A DNA stretch of 64,000 nucleotides from a bacterium (lineage in GTDB: Bacteria > Hinthialibacterota > Hinthialibacteria > Hinthialibacterales > Hinthialibacteraceae), in the NCBI GenBank assembly GCA_963663405.2, contig CAXXSM010000143.1, positions 23,751 through 87,750 of the forward strand, in the 5' to 3' direction. Positions 30,685 through 38,854 of this stretch are shown here, one piece after another (position 1 is the first letter of the stretch; the number at the start of each line of letters is the position of its first letter). The translations under genes were made by a program, and so were the position numbers. A model generated the notes under the pieces. It searched no databases and was not told the origin of the DNA. It saw only the letters and a list, made by a program, of their open reading frames with translations.

Positions 30685-32046
30685 TTAAATTCCTACACTT
30701 CGATAGTTATTAGGGATAAACACCCGTGTCGTGAATGGTTTCGGATTGGTTTTATGTTCCCGGTCCTGCACGTAGATTGTAATATCCACCATATTGGGGA
30801 GCCCATCCGTTTTTTGGACAATGCGATCGCTGACATCCGCGTAAACGGATGTATTGTTCTGCGCGGGCCGTAACTGTTGAGGCATAATTGGCAGAAAACG
30901 GTTGTTGGGTCCCAGCGGATAACGATCGTCGGGTTCATTAACGATAATGTTTTCGAAACTCATCTTCCCCTGACGGTTTTCGGTGCTGTTGCTAGCCGCC
31001 GGCATATTGAATATTTTTCCATTTACGTTCGTGCTGGGGAAAAGGAGAGCGGTCTCGCGTGTGGAATCCCACTCTTCGGAATAGCGCCAACCGCCCCGGT
31101 TGTAATCGTAGTACCAATACCGGAACCGCAGTCCACGAACGTCGTAGGCGAGAACCTGGAAGAGTTTCGCTGGATTTTTATTCGTATAATTATTCGATTC
31201 AGAGACCAGCTGGCCGTATTTCGATCCAAAATCCCAATTTTCGATGGCTTTTTGTAGATCCGAGCTGGAAACGACGGGCCGATCTACGGGAGCGGCCGTG
31301 GGTAAAAGGGCTTTTCCCGATGAATCATCAACAAATTGCCCGAAATCATAGATTTTATCGGTTCCGGAAGAATTCCCACTGCGGATTTTAAGGATTTGGG
31401 CGCGCCGGATCAGCTTTGTTCCGCTGGGATCGAGGCCGTAGGAGATTTCCTGGAGGATGAGATCGCCGGAATTCTCGACCGCGCTGACAAAATGCAGAAT
31501 GTCGCTGGGGAAGAGACCGATATCTTCGTCGATACAGGCGGAATCACCAGCTTCACAGCCAAGAGGGTCGGTCTGGGGACGGGAACTTCCGGACAAGGCG
31601 TCCGCTGCCCCCCCTGAATAATCCCCATCGATTCCATCCAAGACTTCCTCGTCAACCAATCCATCGCCATCGTCGTCTTTGCCGGCGCCGGGACATCCTT
31701 CGTCTGGATCAGCGATAACGTCGCGATGAATGCCGGCAAAGCGAAACCGAGGGCCTTGTATCACGTTTACTGTGCTTTGCTCATAGGAATAAAATGGTTT
31801 AACGGAATCCGGCGTGAGGTAAGCCGAACGGAGATCGGTCGCGATATAATCCAGCGCCGACCGGCCGGTTTCGTTGATTTCAATGCGGCGCATGGCGATT
31901 TCACGCGCGTCCAATACGACGCGGAACGTTTGGGCGGCCATTCCCGCCAAAATCGAGATTACTGCAATGGAGATCATGAGTTCGACAAGGGTGAACCCTC
32001 GATCGCGTAATCGCTGGGCGCTATGATTCCGAAGTTTTGCATTCAT
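30685..32046 (-). CDS. GspJ/PilW-like minor pseudopilin with acidic repeats
   Basis: RG-FTLVELMISIAV class III signal; ALDYIATDLRSA, LRFRYWYYD, LPNMVDITI motifs. Confidence 0.85.
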   Translation of the reverse strand: MNAKLRNHSAQRLRDRGFTLVELMISIAVISILAGMAAQTFRVVLDAREIAMRRIEINETGRSALDYIATDLRSAYLTPDSVKPFYSYEQSTVNVIQGPRFRFAGIHRDVIADPDEGCPGAGKDDDGDGLVDEEVLDGIDGDYSGGAADALSGSSRPQTDPLGCEAGDSACIDEDIGLFPSDILHFVSAVENSGDLILQEISYGLDPSGTKLIRRAQILKIRSGNSSGTDKIYDFGQFVDDSSGKALLPTAAPVDRPVVSSSDLQKAIENWDFGSKYGQLVSESNNYTNKNPAKLFQVLAYDVRGLRFRYWYYDYNRGGWRYSEEWDSTRETALLFPSTNVNGKIFNMPAASNSTENRQGKMSFENIIVNEPDDRYPLGPNNRFLPIMPQQLRPAQNNTSVYADVSDRIVQKTDGLPNMVDITIYVQDREHKTNPKPFTTRVFIPNNYRSVGI

Positions 32047-32062
32047 GATCCTGTTCCTTTTT

Positions 32063-32125
32063 TATATGAAAATGAGTTTCTGCAACTTTCTCGTTCTAGA
32101 TTTCTTCTGCAACTCATTTTCATTT
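32063..32125. repeat. Family A element inside the pseudopilin operon (I-J intergenic)
   Basis: 58-bp core 32066-32123. Confidence 0.85.
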
Positions 32126-32163
32126 ATCCCGTGCGGCTTTAAAATTTGCCGCGCTTTGGGGCC

Positions 32164-33693
32164 TTATTCTTTCGTGAAGTTACGCGCGACGATTCCCCGT
32201 GGCTGTCCTCCGATCAGCGTAAAGGATTCGGAGGGGGCGCGGAGGTTGATGAATCCAATCAAGGTGAAATCGAATTTATACGTGTCTTCATCGATCTGTC
32301 CATCAAAATCATCGTCGATACCATCCAATTTTTCTTCGTCGATTCCCCATTCGATGGCGCCATAGGAGACACGCCGGTTGCGGAGAAGTTTTATATCATC
32401 ACTCGCGTAGGAGCCTTCCGAGCGTTTGTCGACCCGTTTCAAATCTTCATCGTTGTCGATTCCATCCCCTCCCCAGGTAATGACGATTTCAACACGGCGC
32501 CAATCCGGAAGCGGGGCGGCGATGCAATCTTCATCGACCAATCCATCGGACAGGGGGGTTTGGCTATATCCAGTCAGATAACGGCCGTCTTTCGTCCGGA
32601 AATCCATATCCAATCCATCCGGCATTTCTTCATCGACGAAGCCATCGCCGTCGTTGTCGAAGCCATCGCCCAGATCGGGGATGCCATCGCCATTGATGTC
32701 CTGGATGCCATTCCGGCCATTATCGGGGATGCGTCCCACACGAATCTGCCAGGCGTAACGATCATACGGCGCCGGGAAGCGGGCGGGAGCGAAGGGGAAA
32801 GCGGCTAACCGGCAGTCTTCATCCACGCGGCCGTCTTTATCGTTGTCCCGTCCGTCCCAGATTTCCTCATCGATGCCTTCATCGATTTCTCCATCCCCAT
32901 CGTTGTCGATGCCGTCCGCGAGGGCTGGGGTTTTCGGATCGCCATCGTTATCCTCACCGTCCCCGTCGTTGTCGTAGCGGTCCCCCGCCAACAGGGGAAG
33001 CATGAGGCGGGAATTCAAAACGCGGACGGAAGCGAGGCGGCAGTCTTCATCGATCATATTGTCACCATCGTTATCGATGCCATCGGCGTATTCTTCATCA
33101 ATGTTAAATTCGGGATCGTAATAGACATCGCCGTCCGCGAACATCTGTGAAGTTTTCGGATTAATAACCCGGGCGTCGGCGGAACCGGAATCGCCGTCAT
33201 CATCGATTATGCCGTCTCCATCATCATCGATGCCATTCGCCTTCACTCCACCCACGCGCAGACGCACCTGCAACGCGTCCAATTCGGGCAATCCATCATA
33301 ATCTTTGTCCGGCAGAAGGTTGCCGTTGAGATCATGCACATACCGCCCCTGCAATGTGAAGGTGACATTATTGAAATCGTCATCGTACGCGTTGCCCGGC
33401 AGAGGGAGAACCACGTTTTCGGCGCCGGGGATGACGGGAAAGTTCACCGGATCGTTTTTCATTCCCTCAAAAATGGTTTGGGCCAGGAGCGTGGCTTGGG
33501 TTAAATCTTCCGCGCGATGGCTGGCTTCAATTCCATAGGGGAAAACCTTGACGATGGAGAGCAGCCCCAGCGCGAGGATCGCCGCGGCGACGATCACCTC
33601 TAAAAGAGAGAAAGCCCGCTGGTTGTTTTTTCCAGAGAAGCGGTTTGGGACCGTTCCGGTCGATTTATGCGCGCAATTCATGTTCATTTTCAT
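32164..33693 (-). CDS. GspI/PilV-like minor pseudopilin expanded by DGxDxDGDGxxDE repeats
   Basis: RA-FSLLEVIVAAAILALG; TQATLLAQ, YAWQI, RRVEIVITW core motifs; GAGGAGG RBS before ATG 33693. Confidence 0.85.
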   Translation of the reverse strand: MKMNMNCAHKSTGTVPNRFSGKNNQRAFSLLEVIVAAAILALGLLSIVKVFPYGIEASHRAEDLTQATLLAQTIFEGMKNDPVNFPVIPGAENVVLPLPGNAYDDDFNNVTFTLQGRYVHDLNGNLLPDKDYDGLPELDALQVRLRVGGVKANGIDDDGDGIIDDDGDSGSADARVINPKTSQMFADGDVYYDPEFNIDEEYADGIDNDGDNMIDEDCRLASVRVLNSRLMLPLLAGDRYDNDGDGEDNDGDPKTPALADGIDNDGDGEIDEGIDEEIWDGRDNDKDGRVDEDCRLAAFPFAPARFPAPYDRYAWQIRVGRIPDNGRNGIQDINGDGIPDLGDGFDNDGDGFVDEEMPDGLDMDFRTKDGRYLTGYSQTPLSDGLVDEDCIAAPLPDWRRVEIVITWGGDGIDNDEDLKRVDKRSEGSYASDDIKLLRNRRVSYGAIEWGIDEEKLDGIDDDFDGQIDEDTYKFDFTLIGFINLRAPSESFTLIGGQPRGIVARNFTKE

Positions 33694-33703
33694 GGTGACC
33701 TCC

Positions 33704-34507
33704 TCATTCACTCTCTTCGGCGGGTTCATCCAACAGCCAAGGGCTCATGATGGCGTATCCGTACCGTCGGACGCGGCCGGTGAGGCGAATAACCTCAAGG
33801 GTAGTGACTTTATAGCGTTCAATCGCGGCGTCTTTGCCCCACTGAAAATTATTCGTGTCAGCTCTTTTGATCACATCCGCGTAGTCATACGAATTGCCGC
33901 CAACCAAAAAGACTTCCCCGTCTCTCGTGAGATGGATGATTGGGGCGATTTCGTTGTAATTCGTGGAGGTTTCCTCACCTTCGAAATAGACGTTGCTGAT
34001 CGAGCCCCGTGTGTTGAATTCGATGTAGAAGACTTCTGGATTGCCCACACCGGGTGTACGGCCATCGAGATCACCGACCATAACCGCGTCCGGAAGATAT
34101 TCCGGATCGGTGAGTTCGATTGTATTGACGACCAAATCCCGTGAACCAGCGACATGAACGGCGGCTTCGAAGTCGTATTGATTGAGATACTTGCCTTCGA
34201 TCCATGTGGCGGCCCGCCGGGTGCGTGGACCGTTCATTTCATCAGGAAACCCTTCGAGGGCGCCTGCGTCGATCACAACCCGGAGATCCCGGCGTTTCGC
34301 GATGCATTCCTGACGCGCTTGCCTGAAATTGGCTTCGATCATGCGTGTGGCGCTTTCGACCCGCGCCGCTTTGATCTGAGCGACGTAACTCATCGCGCCT
34401 ACCCCGATTAATATTCCAATGATCCCGATGACGATCATAATCTCCACCATCGAGAACGCGGCGTTGCGGGAAGACCGGCCGTGAGTACCATGTTGAGTGA
34501 CAGTCAT
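33704..34507 (-). CDS. GspH/FimT-like minor pseudopilin
   Basis: AA-FSMVEIMIVIGIIGIL; FRQARQECI, IEFNTRG, TGRVR motifs. Confidence 0.85.
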   Translation of the reverse strand: MTVTQHGTHGRSSRNAAFSMVEIMIVIGIIGILIGVGAMSYVAQIKAARVESATRMIEANFRQARQECIAKRRDLRVVIDAGALEGFPDEMNGPRTRRAATWIEGKYLNQYDFEAAVHVAGSRDLVVNTIELTDPEYLPDAVMVGDLDGRTPGVGNPEVFYIEFNTRGSISNVYFEGEETSTNYNEIAPIIHLTRDGEVFLVGGNSYDYADVIKRADTNNFQWGKDAAIERYKVTTLEVIRLTGRVRRYGYAIMSPWLLDEPAEESE

Positions 34508-35253
34508 GATTTTTGCCCCTTGTGGCGCAGTAATTTATCGTTCGATTACCCGTTTCCGTCCGGGTGTCCACCGGCGTCATGGATAAGATCCAGCCAACCG
34601 GCGGAAGGTTCCTTCAACCTAAGAATATCGTAAGGGAGACGAGTTGTAAGCGAAGAATAAAAATGAATGCGATATTTCTGGAGAAACGCGGAACCGATAG
34701 CGCACATTTCTCCATTCCTATCAAAGAATGGACGCAAGCCGTAACAGTACAATTCGCTCACCTATTATGCGCTGCGTTCGATCGAGGAGGGGATGGCGCT
34801 CTATTGAAATCGATAGAGAAACCGTCTTTTTTCAACGCAAAAACGACCGGCGGACTACGATCGATAAATCCAAGCCAAACCGATTCAATTTTTTCGTAAA
34901 AAAAGACTTTGGGCGTACGATCCGCCCTTCTTTTTACACCTAAAGTGTAAAAAAATGATAAAAACCACTCTCACATCAAACTACAGCTCGTCAAACTAAA
35001 CCCATTGAAATATAACAAGTTATACAATGTATCCCCAAAATTCACACAACAATATATCATGGGTTTTCAAAAACATCAGAAAATTTTAACTCTTTTTTTG
35101 AAAAAAAGCAGAGACAGAACCCAGATTACACATCATTCATTGTATAAGGAATACAGATTCTCTTAGATTGAGGACACTGTATCTTCACTTTACTCTTTCG
35201 GGTATGCTATCATCTTGTCTGATTTCCACAAAGAATGGATAAGGAGTTCAAAG

Positions 35254-35994
35254 ATGAAACCGCGTATACGATATATTGGAATGCTCATGATCTGCGCCGC
35301 CATGTTCTCTATGATGGATTCAACAGCCGCGCAGCAGACTTTTATGGTCAAAGATGGGGAGACGATTGTATTCCTTGGCGACAGCATCACCCAAGGAGCC
35401 TCCCGTCCGGAAGGATTCATTCCCCTGATTAATCTGTTCTGTGGGGTGAATGGTTATGAGGTGAAGACGATCAACGCTGGAATCGGAGGCCATAAGTCGA
35501 GTGATATGCTGGCGCGTCTGGATAGGGATGTGTTGAAACACAATCCCGATTGGGTTTTTATCTCTTGCGGAGTGAACGATGTATGGCACCAAGCGCGGTG
35601 GGAAGGGATCTATCTGCCGGATTACAAGCGAAATATGGCGGAAATTGTCGATCGATGCCTAAAAGCCGGCGCAAAGATCATTCTGCTGACCTCCACACCG
35701 ATCTACGAAAACCTGAACAGCGAAGAGAATAAGAAACTGCGGACCTACAATGATTTCCTGAAAACCTTGGCGAAATCGAGGGGAATCATTCTCTGCGATC
35801 TATTCGCCGCTTTCGAGAAAATTTATGAAGTTAAGATGACCGATGAAAATTTAATGACGACGGACGGTGTCCACATGAAACCCCGCGGCTACCGCTTGAT
35901 GGCGCGGGAAATGTTGAAAGCGCTGGGCGCCAGTGGGAGAGAGCTCGCCCTCGCAGAGAATCGCTGGGAACTCGTGAATAATATGCAAAAATAA
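35254..35994 (+). CDS. Secreted SGNH/GDSL hydrolase
   Basis: FLGDSIT, NAGIGG, GVND, DGVH; signal peptide. Confidence 0.92.
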   Translation: MKPRIRYIGMLMICAAMFSMMDSTAAQQTFMVKDGETIVFLGDSITQGASRPEGFIPLINLFCGVNGYEVKTINAGIGGHKSSDMLARLDRDVLKHNPDWVFISCGVNDVWHQARWEGIYLPDYKRNMAEIVDRCLKAGAKIILLTSTPIYENLNSEENKKLRTYNDFLKTLAKSRGIILCDLFAAFEKIYEVKMTDENLMTTDGVHMKPRGYRLMAREMLKALGASGRELALAENRWELVNNMQK

Positions 35995-36115
35995 TTGACA
36001 AATGACTTTTCGGCGCTCTAAAAGAGGAAACTAAATTTGCATAAATCATTCATTTATATACAGTTACAAAAATACTACAAAACAGAAGAACCAAAGAAAG
36101 GCCGAAGGGTGAATC

Positions 36116-37558
36116 ATGAAAAACCAGGAGACAATCAAACCAACACGACGGCGGTTTTTAAGAACGGCGGCGGCGGGCGTCGCCTTTCCCTATATTAATA
36201 CGCTCATCACACCCAATTCCAACGCCGCGCAAAAGAAGCGCAATATCATATTCATATTCATCGATGACATGCGCTTCGATTCCATGAGCTGCATGAACCA
36301 TCCATTTTTACAAACGCCCAATCTTGACCGTATGGCGGGTGGCGGTTTGATGTTCAACCACGCGTATGTCACCACTTCGCTCTGCTCGCCCAGCCGCGCC
36401 AGTATTTTGAGCGGACAATACGCGCACCGGCACGGCGTCATGAACAATTCCACACTTCTCCCCGCAGGAACGCCGACTTTCCCGGAGGAATTGCAGAAAA
36501 ACGGGTATGAGACCGCGTTCATCGGGAAATGGCATATGGGTGGAAGCACCGATAAACCGCGTCCTGGATTCGACCATTGGATCAGCTTCCGCGGGCAGGG
36601 CGTCTATAACGATCCAACGTTTAATATTGGTGGGAAGTCCGTCAAGAAGCCAGGCTATATGACCGATCTCTTAACTGATTTCGCCGTTGATTATATCAAA
36701 AAAGGTCGAAACAAACCGTATTTCCTCTATCTATCCCACAAAGCGGTCCACGCGGACTTTTATCCCGCTGAACGGCATAAAGACGCGTATTCGGATGTGA
36801 CTATTCAACATCCAGCGTCAATGGCGGATACACCGGAAAATTATGAAGGAAAACCGAATTGGGTAAAACGACAGCGTCACAGCTGGCACGGCGTGGATTA
36901 TATGTATCACGACGGCACCTATTTCGATAAATTTATCCTCGATTACAACCGCACTATGCTTGCGGTAGATGACAGCATTGGGAAATTGATGGATACGCTG
37001 GAAGAACTGGGGCAGCTGGACGATACATTGATCCTATTTATGGGGGATAATGGATTTCTCCACGGCGAGCATGGATTGATCGATAAGCGCTGTATGTATG
37101 AAGAATCGATCCGTGTCCCCTTACTGGCGCACTGTCCGGACATGATCGCCGGAGGGAAACGAACGGATCGCATTGCGTTGAATATCGATATCGGCCCGAC
37201 AATCCTGAATGCGGCGGGCGCGCCAGCTCCCGGAACCGTGCAAGGAGAATCGTTCCTGCCTGTATTGCAGGGCCAGGATGAGAATTGGCGGGAAGCGATG
37301 TTCTACGAATATTTCTGGGAACGCGCCTTCCCGCAGACACCGACGGTCTTCGGCGTGCGTACCGAGCAGTATAAATATATGAATTATCATGGGATTTTCG
37401 ATCTGAACGAACTGTACGACCTGAAAAACGATCCACATGAAATGCGTAACTTAATCGACGATCCCTCCCATTACGACGTGAAGGTGGATATGCAAAAACG
37501 TCTGGCATCGTTGATGAAAGAATACGGCGCGACGATGGTTCCCCGTTTCGACGTGTGA
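36116..37558 (+). CDS. Tat-exported Cys-type sulfatase (formylglycine-dependent)
   Basis: TRRRFL twin-arginine motif; NIIFIFIDD, LCSPSRASILSG, GKWH, GDNG. Confidence 0.94.
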   Translation: MKNQETIKPTRRRFLRTAAAGVAFPYINTLITPNSNAAQKKRNIIFIFIDDMRFDSMSCMNHPFLQTPNLDRMAGGGLMFNHAYVTTSLCSPSRASILSGQYAHRHGVMNNSTLLPAGTPTFPEELQKNGYETAFIGKWHMGGSTDKPRPGFDHWISFRGQGVYNDPTFNIGGKSVKKPGYMTDLLTDFAVDYIKKGRNKPYFLYLSHKAVHADFYPAERHKDAYSDVTIQHPASMADTPENYEGKPNWVKRQRHSWHGVDYMYHDGTYFDKFILDYNRTMLAVDDSIGKLMDTLEELGQLDDTLILFMGDNGFLHGEHGLIDKRCMYEESIRVPLLAHCPDMIAGGKRTDRIALNIDIGPTILNAAGAPAPGTVQGESFLPVLQGQDENWREAMFYEYFWERAFPQTPTVFGVRTEQYKYMNYHGIFDLNELYDLKNDPHEMRNLIDDPSHYDVKVDMQKRLASLMKEYGATMVPRFDV

Positions 37559-37635
37559 TAAACTAAAATGTTAGGATGTGTTATTAGTACACATCATTTA
37601 GTTCAATTCAAAATGTTATTTAAATACAAGTTAAT

Positions 37636-38682
37636 ATGATGGATAATACTATTTTTCTTACTCATGTTCAAGAACGAGATATTGATCTATTATTGATAGA
37701 AGAACTATGGTCAAACACAGACTTCCAAATTTGGTTTTTGAGTAAATCTATAATTTTTTCTCAACTCGAATCAAAGGGTGCCATCTTAAAAAATGTTTCA
37801 CACAGTGTGAGTGGTTTAGGTAAATGTAAAGGAGAAACCGACATACTTATTGACTTTCAACTCTATGATGGGATAAGACTACGAATAATGATTGAGAATA
37901 AAATTAATGCTGATTTTATGCCTCAACAACTAGAACGATATAAGGAACGAGGACTCTTGTACAAATAAAGAAATGAATGCGATTATTTTATGCATGGTCT
38001 AGTTGCACCGGAATCCTATTTCAACAGCAAGAACCATACAAAAGATAAACAAGACTGTTATTTTACCTTATACTATGAAGATATTATGAATTATTTCAAA
38101 AACGCAAATCCACAAAACGACAATGAAAAGAGAAGATTTTTTTACAGGCACCACATTATCAAACAAGCAATTACTAAAAGTAGAAGAGGGTGGGAACCTA
38201 TTCATGATTCGAATACAGCTAATTTCCAGTTATCATTGTACAACCATATCAAACAGTTTTACACAATAATAACAATGAAAAAACCAAAAGAAACAGGAAT
38301 TCCCAGAGAAAGTAAATTTATTAAACTGTATTCACAAGAATTAGATGAACTTAATGATTTACCTAATAGAGTATTAAGATTAAAATTTCGCGAAAGCAAA
38401 GAAACAGGTAAATTCAGAGTAGATATAGAATTTAAAGGAATGGGTAAATATTTTAATGAATTACAACCTTTGATTGAACCATTATTAGATGATGAGATGA
38501 TATGTGTTATGACAAATAAAAGCATTTCCATATCCATGATAATTCCAACCATTAACCAACGCATAGATTTTGAAGTTCAAAAAAATGATATTAACATAAT
38601 GCTAACGAACACATGTCATCTAGTTAATTGGGTGTGCGAAAATCATTTAAAACTTATTGACATATTTCAATTAAAACAATAA
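37636..38682 (+). pseudogene. PD-(D/E)XK nuclease-family gene interrupted by an in-frame TAA at 37966-37968
   Basis: ERDIDLLL, GETDILI, MIENKINA, QLERY motifs; second ORF (LVAPESY) is in the same frame; very AT-rich. Confidence 0.7.
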
Positions 38683-38730
38683 GTAGGATGAAGTTTCTAT
38701 CAAAAAGTCTATCCTATATAATCTTTCGGC

Positions 38731-38820
38731 AGGCAGCCAGGGCAAGGTTTTTCATCTGCCCTGGCGTTATTTTCCCGAAATTATGCCAGGGGAGAATAAA
38801 GCCTTCCCCTGGCCACCCAG
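38731..38820 (+). repeat. Family B element lacking the inner hairpin
   Basis: gccagggcaag..tctgccctggc ... attatgccaggggagaataaagccttcccctggccacccag. Confidence 0.8.
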
Positions 38821-38854
38821 TTTTTTTCCCCTAATTGATTAAGAGAAGATTGAT

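Noticed and set aside
34712-34740. CCATTC...GAATGG-ACGCAAGCC resembling a c-di-GMP-I riboswitch near pilin genes
   Set aside because: No GGCAAA before the stem, no GNRA loop or receptor stem, and it points away from the pilin operon
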